Assembly: GCA_964596115.1 (NCBI GenBank)
Contig: CAZQRW010000001.1
Span: forward strand, 9,114 to 73,113
Source: an uncultured bacterium
GTDB lineage: Bacteria; Hydrothermota; UBA3072; B12-G15
Direction of reading: 5' to 3'
Length of the DNA: 64,000 bases
Numbering within the stretch: position 1 is the stretch's first letter; every line of letters begins with the position of its first letter. Made by a program: the position numbers and the translations under genes. The notes beneath the pieces were generated by a model that was not told the origin of the DNA, did not search any database, and worked only from the letters and a program-made list of their open reading frames with translations. This document shows, piece by piece, positions 1-9,108 of the stretch.

Positions 1-354
1 AAAAATGGAGGAGTAAAATCTCCTTTTTGAGAGAGAAGGAATTCTTTTTCTGGGAAGAGCCAGAAGAACCAAATGTGTATATCCTGAGATATTACGATTA
101 AAAGTTTTATTTTTGTATACCATTTCATCATAACGAGCGGGCAAGGGTGAATTTACCCTGAGCCTGTCGAAGGGTAGGATTTAATCTTGTGAGAGCGAAC
201 CTGAGTGCGGAGTAGCAATATCCTCGCTTCTCTTTCTATATTTCTTCTACCTTGTCTTACCGTACAGGAGACCAAAAAGAAAAAAATAAAATAAACTATA
301 CCTTCTTCTACCTTATCTATCGAGGAGACCAAGGAAAAAAATAAAAAAACCTCC

Positions 355-394
355 TTGACAAATTGTATTATTGTATTATTATTTTAATACAATG
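355..394 (+). promoter_or_regulatory. Sigma70-like promoter (TTGACA at 355-360, 16-nt spacer, TATTAT at 377-382) overlapped by the operator-like repeats TTGTATTA TTGTATTA / TAATACAA (363-392). The ATG at 392 lies 9 nt after the -10, so the transcript is probably leaderless.
   Basis: Read directly. Two direct copies and one inverted copy of an 8-mer overlap the -10, TSS and start codon of the GntR gene, which is typical of YtrA-type autoregulation. Confidence 0.5.
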
Positions 395-766
395 TTTAAG
401 AATAATATACCTATATATGTGCAAATATCTGATCTGATAAAAAAAAGGATTGTTCGAAACGAGTACATGCAGGTGCTGCCTACCGTAAGAGAACTTGCAA
501 TGGAGCTGAATGTAAATCCGAATACTGTAGCCCGTGCTTATAGAGAGCTTGAAAGGCAGGGCATTATTAAAACGAGGGTTGGAAGTGGTACTTCTGTGAA
601 CTCCAACAAGAAGGAAAATTTGAAGAAAGAACTTGTAATGGAGGCAGTTGAAAATTTTCTCCTTGCTTTAAGAGAGCTGGGTCTTGGAAGTAAAACAATT
701 AAAAATTTATTGGAGGAGGTATATGATAGAGATAAAGAATCTGAGAAAACAATTTCCAGGGACTGA
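392..766 (+). CDS. GntR-family (YtrA-subfamily-like) transcriptional regulator. The track ORF begins at a TTG at 371. The ATG at 392 (MFKNNIPIYVQISD...) is the more likely start.
   Basis: N-terminal winged HTH (TVRELAMELNVNPNTVARAYRELERQGII), about 125 aa, first gene of an ABC-transporter operon. Confidence 0.8.
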   Translation: MFKNNIPIYVQISDLIKKRIVRNEYMQVLPTVRELAMELNVNPNTVARAYRELERQGIIKTRVGSGTSVNSNKKENLKKELVMEAVENFLLALRELGLGSKTIKNLLEEVYDRDKESEKTISRD

Positions 767-1412
767 TGCTATTGATGGTGTAACCCTGAATATCCCTGAT
801 GGAGTAGTCGTTGGTCTTGCAGGACCGAATGGTAGTGGGAAGACAACACTTCTTAAATTGATATTTGGGTTTCTTAGACCTTCCTATGGCAAGGTCCTTG
901 TGGATGGGGAAAAGCCTGGCTTCTGGACAAAGTCCATTGTTGCCTATACACCTGAAATTGATACACTTTACCACTGGATGGGGGTAAGAGAGATAATCGA
1001 TTGGTATGCCAGTTTTTTTGAGGATTGGAACAATACCAAAGAAAAAGCATTAATTAAGATACTCAATATAGAAGAATGGAAAAAAGTAGGGGAACTTTCA
1101 AAGGGTTTCAGAACTAGACTTAAACTTCTCCTTTCCCTATCGCGGGATGCAAAAATATTCCTTCTCGATGAACCCCTTATGGGTATAGATCCTTCCTCGC
1201 GAGAAAAAATTGAGAAGGCAATTCTTGGTTCGATTTCGGGAAAAGAGATTGTTATTTTTTCTACCCATATTGTTAAAGAGGTTGAGAAGATTTTTGATAA
1301 AGTAATTTTTCTTAAGAAAGGTGAAATAGCTATATATGATGATGCAGATACCCTAAGAGAAAAATATGGAAAAGGGATAGAGGAAATTTTTAAGGAGGTT
1401 TTCAATGATTAA
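723..1412 (+). CDS. ABC transporter ATP-binding protein. The likely start is MIEIKNLRKQF at 723, preceded by GGAGGAGG. The track ORF starts at 684.
   Basis: Walker A GPNGSGKTT, Q-loop, signature-like LSKGFRTRL, Walker B LLDEPLMGID. It overlaps the GntR 3' end by 44 nt. Confidence 0.85.
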   Translation: MIEIKNLRKQFPGTDAIDGVTLNIPDGVVVGLAGPNGSGKTTLLKLIFGFLRPSYGKVLVDGEKPGFWTKSIVAYTPEIDTLYHWMGVREIIDWYASFFEDWNNTKEKALIKILNIEEWKKVGELSKGFRTRLKLLLSLSRDAKIFLLDEPLMGIDPSSREKIEKAILGSISGKEIVIFSTHIVKEVEKIFDKVIFLKKGEIAIYDDADTLREKYGKGIEEIFKEVFND

Positions 1413-2112
1413 ACTTCTATATAAAGAATTCCAGGATGACAGAAATTGGATTATTGGACTTTTTTCTTTTGGTATTGGGATTAATATAATCCTCTTGCTA
1501 ACAAAGGCAAGGCCTATTATAATGGTTCCTGTCTCTTTGTCCTTCACATTTCAACCCGTTTTTCTATACGCTTTTTTAAAGCCCTTTTTTATGTTTAAGG
1601 ATGAATGGAATAGAAATACGATCTATACACTCCTTTCTCTGCCGGTGAAGGGATATGAGATTATCCTCTCAAAGGTAGTTGTTATTATGGCAGAGTTATT
1701 TGTTTATTTACTCGTCATAATGGTCATACCCTACCTTTTTACACTGGCAAAAATGGGTACAATCTATGGCGTTACATTTGCAGAATTGATGAAGATCTGG
1801 ATATACACATCTTTTGTAACAATTATGGTTATTCCTTTTTCAACATTTTCATATATTACTGGAAGGTTAAGTCCTAAACTAAAGGGATTGACGACATTTT
1901 TTGTTTTTATAGGTACAGGAATAATATTTAGATTTGTGTTACCCCTCCTCAATGGAATATTCAGGACAGTACCAAAATTACGGATAAGCATAGAAATGAT
2001 TGGAAATTACGAGAGTCATACGATACCTATGGCATGGTTCTATTCAACACTTCTTTTTGGCGCTATTTTGCTTTGGGCGAGTTCTAAAATAATAGAGAAA
2101 GTGGAGGTATAA
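1405..2112 (+). CDS. Multi-pass membrane protein, probable ABC-2-type permease partner of the upstream ATPase.
   Basis: About six hydrophobic segments, SD AAGGAGG, 8-nt overlap with the ATPase gene. Confidence 0.55.
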   Translation: MIKLLYKEFQDDRNWIIGLFSFGIGINIILLLTKARPIIMVPVSLSFTFQPVFLYAFLKPFFMFKDEWNRNTIYTLLSLPVKGYEIILSKVVVIMAELFVYLLVIMVIPYLFTLAKMGTIYGVTFAELMKIWIYTSFVTIMVIPFSTFSYITGRLSPKLKGLTTFFVFIGTGIIFRFVLPLLNGIFRTVPKLRISIEMIGNYESHTIPMAWFYSTLLFGAILLWASSKIIEKVEV

Positions 2113-2113
2113 G

Positions 2114-2893
2114 ATGAGATTTTTTTTCTTTTTACCTTTTATTCTTATTGGTTCAACTATGAAGGATTGTGATCTTGTTTCAATACGAGTAAATGGTAAC
2201 GAAAAGGGTAGTATAACAGTTGAAAGGTATATTATTTACAAAGAAGACTCTCTTTCGGTGAAGCCATTGAACAACAGAGATTTCTTTGTTCATGTCAAGA
2301 ACATAAATGGAAGGGTAGATATTCAGAAATCAAAGGATGACAGCGTGCGCCTCAAATACGAGGTAAAAAAGAGAAAGAAATCCAAAATTTTTGGGGATAA
2401 ATTTAAGGTAAAACAGTCTGCTTCCAGTAGAGGAATTGACTTTACTGTTGAAAAATCGAAGAACTATGTCGTTAACATCACATTAAAAATCCCAGAAATA
2501 GGGAAATTAGAAACGGAAAGTGTGAATGGTTCTATCAGTTTTGATGGAGATGTGGATAAGTGTAATTTATCTACTACGAATGGCACTATTAGTATCAATG
2601 GCAAGGGGCAGTTTTTTGTCAATACCGTTAACGGTAGTATTTCAGGGGATATTATTCCTACAAATAACTCAGAGTTTAAGACTGTAAATGGGGGTATAGG
2701 TATCTCATTAATTGGTGATGATCTAAGTGTTTCTGCAAGCGTAATAAATGGTGTGCTTCAGATCAGTGGTTTTGACAAGGTCGATAAAAAGGGCAGATGG
2801 ACAATGAAAAAGGCAGAGGCAATCGTAGGGAATGGGAAAATAAATGTTAAAGTTGCATCAACAAATGGAGCGATCTATATTAAAAGGAGGTAA
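2114..2893 (+). CDS. DUF4097 / putative adhesin (LiaG-like) beta-helical repeat protein with an N-terminal signal or lipoprotein sequence.
   Basis: Repeated NG(S/T)IS..G and NGxI motifs (NGSISFDGD, NGTISINGK, NGSISGDII, NGGIGISLIGDD, NGAIYIK). Typical partner of YtrA/LiaF-type envelope-stress modules. Confidence 0.6.
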   Translation: MRFFFFLPFILIGSTMKDCDLVSIRVNGNEKGSITVERYIIYKEDSLSVKPLNNRDFFVHVKNINGRVDIQKSKDDSVRLKYEVKKRKKSKIFGDKFKVKQSASSRGIDFTVEKSKNYVVNITLKIPEIGKLETESVNGSISFDGDVDKCNLSTTNGTISINGKGQFFVNTVNGSISGDIIPTNNSEFKTVNGGIGISLIGDDLSVSASVINGVLQISGFDKVDKKGRWTMKKAEAIVGNGKINVKVASTNGAIYIKRR

Positions 2894-2895
2894 AG

Positions 2896-3396
2896 ATGTT
2901 TCTCTTACTTTTTTCTTTGAGTAATCTTTTCTTGCGCATAAATATCAGTGGTGATAGCACAAATGGTTATATCCAGGTTCCTGTAGAAATGGCTCAGCTT
3001 GGGATCAGTATGACTGATAGTAATGCAGGAAAAGAGATAAAAATTGATACAGATTCCATTGTTAAATTGATAAAAAAATATGGGGAAAATAAGCCTATTC
3101 TAACAATTGAGAATAATAATGAGAAAATTGTAATGATTGGAATCGAAGCGAGTAGCATATGCCTTGGGAATAAAGAGCCAGAAAAGATAATAATCATTGT
3201 AAGGAAGGATAAAGAAGAGACGAAGGTCACAATGCCAATCTGGTTTATGGATGTAGTGACAGATTTTATTGGTCCATTTAATAATGAAGATAAGGATGAA
3301 AATTTTAAGGAAATAATAAAGAACGTAAAAAGGAAATTCGAAATGGTAAACCTTAAAGAAAGGGATGGTGAAAGCATAAGAATTCTGTTTGAATAA
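2896..3396 (+). CDS. Hypothetical protein, last gene of the GntR-ABC-DUF4097 operon.
   Basis: SD AAAGGAGG, 2-nt gap from the upstream gene, no recognizable motifs. Confidence 0.4.
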   Translation: MFLLLFSLSNLFLRINISGDSTNGYIQVPVEMAQLGISMTDSNAGKEIKIDTDSIVKLIKKYGENKPILTIENNNEKIVMIGIEASSICLGNKEPEKIIIIVRKDKEETKVTMPIWFMDVVTDFIGPFNNEDKDENFKEIIKNVKRKFEMVNLKERDGESIRILFE

Positions 3397-3427
3397 TATT
3401 AATTGGATTGATTTTAATAAATGATGT

Positions 3428-4252
3428 CTACTTTTCGATTCTTATGATTCTACTGCCGATAGGATAGGGTGAAAATTTACATTTTGATGGTCTTACCTCA
3501 AGATCTATTATCTTGTATATAATGGAATCAGGTTTAATTTCGCACATAATACCTTCGCCCTTGCCGCTTTCAGAGTAGGTCCCGAAGGAAAAATTTCCCA
3601 GGGAAAAGACGACCAATTTTTTCTTATAGATTTCTTCTCCCTGTAAGGTATGTGGGTGGTGGCCGTACACAAAGTCCGCCCCTGTATCGATTGCCAATTT
3701 TGCAATCCTTTTCTGATAGCTTTTTGCTGAATCAAGAAGCTCTTCTCCCCAATGAAAGGCAACCGCTAAAAAATCGAAAGAGTCCCTGTATGTTTCTATA
3801 TCACTTTTTATATACCTTTCGTTTCCATAGGCAGTACCTGCTTTATTTTTACCTGCCCAGAAAGAAGAAGGAAATGTGAGGGAGTATGCCAATACACCTA
3901 TCCTATATCCATTGATAATAAAATGCATGGGTTCCCTTGCTTTAAATATATTCATTCCAGCGCCTGTGTGTTTTATATTATATCTGTCAAGTAATTGCAG
4001 AGTAGATTTTAATCCTGTAATACCGAAGTCCATAATATGATTATTTGCAATAGTAACCCCTCCAATACCACCTTTTTTTATGTATTTTGTATAGGAGGTA
4101 TCTATATGGAATACATACTTCTTTAACGAATCGGGATTCCCAGTATTCGTAATAGGGGATTCAAGATTTACAATGACAATATCAGCAGAATCAATTAAAG
4201 TTTTAATCCCCAGGAAAGGTTTATAGGGGCTTTTCTTTAGGATGGGTTTCAA
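3428..4252 (-). CDS. CapA/PgsA-family metallophosphatase (poly-gamma-glutamate/capsule synthesis type).
   Basis: Motifs VYGHHPHTLQG, LGNFSFG, GADFV. 70 nt downstream of the TamB-like gene on the same strand. Confidence 0.7.
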   Translation of the reverse strand: MKPILKKSPYKPFLGIKTLIDSADIVIVNLESPITNTGNPDSLKKYVFHIDTSYTKYIKKGGIGGVTIANNHIMDFGITGLKSTLQLLDRYNIKHTGAGMNIFKAREPMHFIINGYRIGVLAYSLTFPSSFWAGKNKAGTAYGNERYIKSDIETYRDSFDFLAVAFHWGEELLDSAKSYQKRIAKLAIDTGADFVYGHHPHTLQGEEIYKKKLVVFSLGNFSFGTYSESGKGEGIMCEIKPDSIIYKIIDLEVRPSKCKFSPYPIGSRIIRIEK

Positions 4253-4322
4253 TCTATGAGCCGGTAAAAAATCCCCCAGAAATAAAATCCTTATAGATTG
4301 TAGGATAAGGAATATTAAAATG

Positions 4323-7300
4323 TTAGTACCTCCATTTAAAATTTAGAAGTACCCTTCTATTGCCAAACATATCCTCACCCGCATATACGCTTCCCCATCG
4401 GGAAAACCTATATTCAAATGTATATTCCATACGTGGATAAGGTGAAACCTCAGTCCCAATTTTCACAAAAATACTCTTTGTAATATATTTTCCAACACTA
4501 AGTCGGTATCCCCTGCTTTTTTCAATATCAAAGACATCAAGTCCAAATTTCTCCTTAAACTTTTCCGCCAGCGCCCTTCGGGCAAAATAATTAAATGCTG
4601 TATTGGTTATAGCATCCTCTACCGAACTCAGGGAAGCAAGTTCATCCCAGGAGAGATTTAAACCCAAAAGGGCAATTATTTCTGATGAAGAGTGAGGTGG
4701 TTTTGAGTATAGTGAAAAATTTGGGTGCCTCATCGTTCCACTAACATTCAAAAAAATAGAATCCCCCTCTGTTGTAACTGTCCTTGAAAGCAAGTCAAGC
4801 TTTGGATCTATTACGGGAGTGTTATTGAATTCGAATGTTCCTCTTAAGACATCAAAATCCTTGTAGTAATAATAAAATTTCCCCCTTTTTGTCTCCATTT
4901 TTCCTGATAGCAAAAGATCACCCCAATTGTAAAATATCTTCATTTTTCCACCCATCTCTAAATTTGCATTTTCATTTTTTAACCAAATATTGTTATTTGT
5001 AGCATCTACTGTAAGATCAAGGTAAAGATTATTTAGGCCTTTGCTTCCAACTGGTTGTGATTTAAACGGTATACTTATTGTTGCTTCCCCAACATTAATA
5101 TTGCCGAATATCATAGTCCCTCGAGTGCCTGATTTTACCGTTAAATTTCCATCTATGATGCTATTTATATAATTATAATTAACAAAAGTATTTTTGAGGT
5201 TTGTTGAAATTTTATACGAATGCTTGGCAAGATTAATAGAACCATTTGCCTCAACCTCTCCTTCCCCTATAATACCTTTAATGCCAATTAGATTTATTTC
5301 CCTTCCTTTAAATGATACAGTACCATTGAGATTCCCTATTTTTATTCCAGTTCTGTTTTCAATTACGGTCATATTTCTAATATTAATGCTTCCATCAAGT
5401 GATGGAAAATTAATTGTATGTTTCACCGTAATATCTCCTGATATGTTACAGGATTTGGGACTCACATATTTATCAAAAAAAGAAATTATCCAAACGCCAG
5501 CCCCTCTTATATGGGCATTCACATTTATTGATTTGTCGATAGGTGAGAAATATCCATAGATTTTAGTTTTATTATTGTTATCGAATATAGTCAAATTATC
5601 TATATTTACCTTTCCTTTTGATATCATAGAAACAAGAAAAATAGAATCCCCATAAGTAAATCTTCCACCAAGCTGTTTTCCTTTTGCAAATAGCCTAAAT
5701 TTAGGAGCAAGAATGCTTCCACTGATGTGACCCACACCGTTGATGTTGCCTGTTAGAGGAGTCCCAAAAAATGTCGAAAATCTTTCCAGCCTAAGGTTAG
5801 TTACAGCTAAGTCCCCATTCAATTGTCCATTTGTTTTTGTTGTTATTGATGCAGAAAAATTAAAATTGTGATTGTCAGACATATTAAAATTCGTCATATT
5901 CAGTTTATTTTTTAAAATTATCCTTGTCGGGGAGGAAAGAATGATCGTATCCCCAGGGATCTCCAGGCTCAATTCCTTTAATGAGAAGGCTAAAGAATCA
6001 AAATCAAAATCTGTAAGGAATCTTAATTTTCCCTTGCCTGATTTTATCAATCCACGTGCTGATAATTGGTTATTGTCTATATCGGCTGAAACATAAGATA
6101 TCGAGGATGATAAATTTTTCCATCTTATATTTTGGAGATAGGTATCGATGTGACCTCGTGGAGGAAACAGAGAGGAAAGTTCGATGTTACCTCCAAGATA
6201 TTCAAAACTAATTGTTTTACTTTTCCCCTTTTCTATCCAGTATATTCCAGACAGCCCTGAAGGCGATAACTTGGCTTCGATTCCAATTAATCCTGAATCA
6301 AGAGGAGCGAATCTACTAAATGGAGGTATTTCAAGATTTTTACAGATGAGCAAACCATTTCCTTTGAAATCTTTTCTGCTTATTACGAGTTTTGACTCAA
6401 TGTTACCGGAAGGTGAGATTATTTTGAAGTTTTTTACATATAGGGACTCTCCTAAACCCTTGACTTCAAGATTTAATTTACTCAAGGGATAATGCTCAAT
6501 AAATCCATTAAGATTTCCTGTAAGGGAAAATTCACTTAATTTTTTATACGAGATGTCTATTTTCCCATATAAATTAGAAGAGGGTAAAGATTTTAATAGG
6601 GCATTGAGATTTAGGTTATCAAGATTTAGAGAAGCATCTACTCTTTTGTTTAAAGAAATTGTACCATTTAAACCATTACTGTCAAAAGAAATAAATGTAG
6701 CAAAGTTTTTATCTGTCTTACCGGAGAATCGAAGTGAATCCAATGAATAATTTTCATATTTTACAAATTTAGAACTACCCTTGAATTCATATTTTTTTCC
6801 GTATTTATTTAATGAAATTAATACATTGCCTTCAAGATTTCTTCCTGTGAAAAAATTAAGTATAGAAAGATCAATATTTCCCATTACGTAGAAACTATCT
6901 ATATTTCCCTTTGCTGAGATAACAGTATTACCTGACCGTATATTATAAATATTAAAAAATGCCGTTGTCTTTGTAAATGATACATCACCTTTAATTTGTT
7001 TAACATTGATAGAATCAAGATAACCATTCATGTTTTTGATGCTGAGATTTAATTCTTTCCCAGTAGAGATAGCAGAAACCATTCCATTAATACGGAGGAT
7101 ATGGGATTCAAATTGTAATTTTCCGTTAACAATGGTTATTTCTCCTATACTAAATTTAGTTGGTAGTGACCAACTTTTTCTTTCCTTCTTTTTATTTTTG
7201 CCTTTGGTATATTTATATTTAATTCCATCAATTGAGATATTCTTGATTTTCCGTTTTACAATAGTCGGAAGATAATGAGCAGAAAAATTATCAATAAAAA

Positions 7301-7502
7301 TGTTATCTCCAATTTTTAGTTCTTTTATGTTAAGTTCTGAAAATATATTCCAATGCAGTTCACCTATAGAACTTTTTGCTGGCAATTTTGATAGAATAAA
7401 GGATGTTAGATTTCTTTCTATTTTTCTATGGATTTTGGGGTAGAATAATGTAATTGAAATAATAAAGCCTAAAAAAACAAGTAAAAGTATAAGTCTTCTC
7501 AT
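4323..7502 (-). CDS. TamB/AsmA-like inner-membrane-anchored envelope-spanning protein (translocation and assembly module family).
   Basis: N-terminal TM anchor (LILLLVFLGFIISITLF), about 1000 aa of beta-rich Asn/Ser/Gly repeats, C-terminal DUF490/TamB-like segment (GKFYYYYKDFDVLRGTFEFNN...LDLLSRTV...). Confidence 0.65.
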   Translation of the reverse strand: MRRLILLLVFLGFIISITLFYPKIHRKIERNLTSFILSKLPAKSSIGELHWNIFSELNIKELKIGDNIFIDNFSAHYLPTIVKRKIKNISIDGIKYKYTKGKNKKKERKSWSLPTKFSIGEITIVNGKLQFESHILRINGMVSAISTGKELNLSIKNMNGYLDSINVKQIKGDVSFTKTTAFFNIYNIRSGNTVISAKGNIDSFYVMGNIDLSILNFFTGRNLEGNVLISLNKYGKKYEFKGSSKFVKYENYSLDSLRFSGKTDKNFATFISFDSNGLNGTISLNKRVDASLNLDNLNLNALLKSLPSSNLYGKIDISYKKLSEFSLTGNLNGFIEHYPLSKLNLEVKGLGESLYVKNFKIISPSGNIESKLVISRKDFKGNGLLICKNLEIPPFSRFAPLDSGLIGIEAKLSPSGLSGIYWIEKGKSKTISFEYLGGNIELSSLFPPRGHIDTYLQNIRWKNLSSSISYVSADIDNNQLSARGLIKSGKGKLRFLTDFDFDSLAFSLKELSLEIPGDTIILSSPTRIILKNKLNMTNFNMSDNHNFNFSASITTKTNGQLNGDLAVTNLRLERFSTFFGTPLTGNINGVGHISGSILAPKFRLFAKGKQLGGRFTYGDSIFLVSMISKGKVNIDNLTIFDNNNKTKIYGYFSPIDKSINVNAHIRGAGVWIISFFDKYVSPKSCNISGDITVKHTINFPSLDGSINIRNMTVIENRTGIKIGNLNGTVSFKGREINLIGIKGIIGEGEVEANGSINLAKHSYKISTNLKNTFVNYNYINSIIDGNLTVKSGTRGTMIFGNINVGEATISIPFKSQPVGSKGLNNLYLDLTVDATNNNIWLKNENANLEMGGKMKIFYNWGDLLLSGKMETKRGKFYYYYKDFDVLRGTFEFNNTPVIDPKLDLLSRTVTTEGDSIFLNVSGTMRHPNFSLYSKPPHSSSEIIALLGLNLSWDELASLSSVEDAITNTAFNYFARRALAEKFKEKFGLDVFDIEKSRGYRLSVGKYITKSIFVKIGTEVSPYPRMEYTFEYRFSRWGSVYAGEDMFGNRRVLLNFKWRY

Positions 7503-7981
7503 TATTCCTGAAGAAGTCTCCCTATAAATTCATAAATCTTTTTTTCGTCTCCTTCTTCACTATGGGTTACTCCTTTAACAGGTTTTGAAGCATTTTGAAG
7601 AATTCGATTAATTTGTTTTGAGACATGTTTTGATTCAGCTTTTACAACACCCAGTAGAATATTTTTTTTGAACAAAGAAGCAAATACCAATTCCTTGGTA
7701 ACCTGCAAATAGTGTATATTCCAGGTCGTGCCTTCAATAAAAAACTCTTTCATTTTTTCTTTAAGTAGTGAAGCCAATTTTTGAGAAGAGTTAAAAACAC
7801 TCGAAATCAAGGCTGCAATTGACAGCACTTTCAATCCACTTGTAAAACCATTTTCGCTTACAAGTTGTCCACTCTTTGAGATCAACAATACGCATCTAAC
7901 ACCTGTATTACTGACATATTCCTTTAAAATCGAGTTAATATTTTCTGAAACTTTTTTTGAGAGTATTATCTCTTCCGCCAC
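7502..7981 (-). CDS. Roadblock/LC7 (MglB-like) domain protein.
   Basis: Robl_LC7-like core (VRCVLLISKSGQLVSENG...), 159 aa, 1-nt overlaps on both sides. Confidence 0.6.
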   Translation of the reverse strand: MAEEIILSKKVSENINSILKEYVSNTGVRCVLLISKSGQLVSENGFTSGLKVLSIAALISSVFNSSQKLASLLKEKMKEFFIEGTTWNIHYLQVTKELVFASLFKKNILLGVVKAESKHVSKQINRILQNASKPVKGVTHSEEGDEKKIYEFIGRLLQE

Positions 7982-8313
7982 TATAAGATACCCTCAAGTA
8001 TTTTGGCTCCTTCCTTCATCTTTATTTTTACATCGCCAATGTTGACATCTGAAGATGTAACAACGCCAACGATAAAGTTTTCTTTTGTCACCATTAATGC
8101 AAATCCACTTGAGCCCTTTATTGTTGTTAGCACATTTTTCTTTATTTCAATTTTATTGATTACATCTTTTGCAATTTTCGCTATTAAGGCAGAGAGCAAC
8201 TCTTCATCCATATCAGTTTTAGACAATGATTTTATTACTATTCCATCGTAAGATATAATTGAACAACTATAAACACCGGGAATAGATATAATTTCTTCAA
8301 TTACTTCATCCAT
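7981..8313 (-). CDS. Roadblock/LC7 domain protein.
   Basis: 110 aa. IPGVYSCSIISYDGIVIKS...GFALMVTKENFIVGVVTSSD matches the Roadblock fold pattern. Confidence 0.6.
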   Translation of the reverse strand: MDEVIEEIISIPGVYSCSIISYDGIVIKSLSKTDMDEELLSALIAKIAKDVINKIEIKKNVLTTIKGSSGFALMVTKENFIVGVVTSSDVNIGDVKIKMKEGAKILEGIL

Positions 8314-9108
8314 TTATACCCCCAGGCTCTCTTTTAAACGCATAAGTGTTTTTTTTGCTTCTAATAAAACGATCCCTTGCTGGATATTTTTTCCAGTAAG
8401 GATAGTTAAAACTAAAGGTGGAGAAGCGAGTACAAAGATTTTACCTTTTGGAAGTTCAAAAATGAGATATTCTAGATCCCCCAGATTTATCTTTTTGATT
8501 GTTTCCATTGTTTCTAATAGGATTGATGAAATAAGGGCACCTGTGCTTTCGGTATCTATTGGGACTTTAACTACCTGTGAAATTAATAAACCCGAGTCAT
8601 CCGAGAGAATTGTTCCGAGAATTTCTTCTATTGAAAATAATGGATTTAAGATCATCTTGATGGGGTCAGCTTCCTTTTCTGTCAATACTTTTTGCCCTTT
8701 TTTAATGGCTTCTTCGGTTGCTTCTTTTTCTTCTTCGTGTCTTTCCTCTAATGGGGGAGTTTCTTTTGCTTTAATTTGCTGAGTTTCTGTAGATAGTTTT
8801 TCGGCAATATTAGAGCTTGTTTCGCCTTGTTCTTTGAATACCTTCTCTTTTATAGTAAGTAGAAGTTTATTTTCTGGATCAATTCTAAGTGCCTTACTAA
8901 GGTGTGATTTCGCCATATTTATATTCCCTTTGAGAAGGTATGACTCTATTAATTTTTGATAGGCAGGAATATAAGAAGGGTTATTTTCTATTGCAGATTT
9001 AAGTAGCTCAACAGCTTGATCAACAAGACCGCTCTGCAAATAAAGGTCAGCAAGAGATGTTAATACAGCAAGAGAACCAGGGGCATTTTTTAAACCATTT
9101 TCATCCAA
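8314..9108 (-). CDS. TPR-like N-terminus plus acidic linker plus C-terminal Roadblock/LC7-like domain.
   Basis: N-terminal TPR helices (AVELLKSAIENNPSYIPAYQKLIESYLLKGN), Glu/Lys-rich linker, C-terminal GLLISQVVKVPIDTESTGALISSILLE...KGKIFVLASPP. Confidence 0.55.
   Translation of the reverse strand: MDENGLKNAPGSLAVLTSLADLYLQSGLVDQAVELLKSAIENNPSYIPAYQKLIESYLLKGNINMAKSHLSKALRIDPENKLLLTIKEKVFKEQGETSSNIAEKLSTETQQIKAKETPPLEERHEEEKEATEEAIKKGQKVLTEKEADPIKMILNPLFSIEEILGTILSDDSGLLISQVVKVPIDTESTGALISSILLETMETIKKINLGDLEYLIFELPKGKIFVLASPPLVLTILTGKNIQQGIVLLEAKKTLMRLKESLGV

Noticed and set aside
100-240. Possible tRNA, RNase P or riboswitch-like structured RNA at the window start (hairpin GGGTGAATTTACCC).
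   Set aside because: There is no tRNA cloverleaf, T-loop (GGTTCGAATCC-like) or recognizable riboswitch consensus. The resemblance to RNase P P10-P12 (AGGGTGAAA) is too short to support a call.
699-1547. Antisense and embedded ORFs from the six-frame track (for example 699-974, 968-1405, 1353-1547, and many similar 60-170-aa ORFs inside larger genes throughout the window).
   Set aside because: They lie entirely within, and antisense to, well-supported genes with clear family motifs. They have low-complexity, hydrophobic or Ser/Phe-rich translations typical of AT-rich antisense frames, and no SD or promoter.
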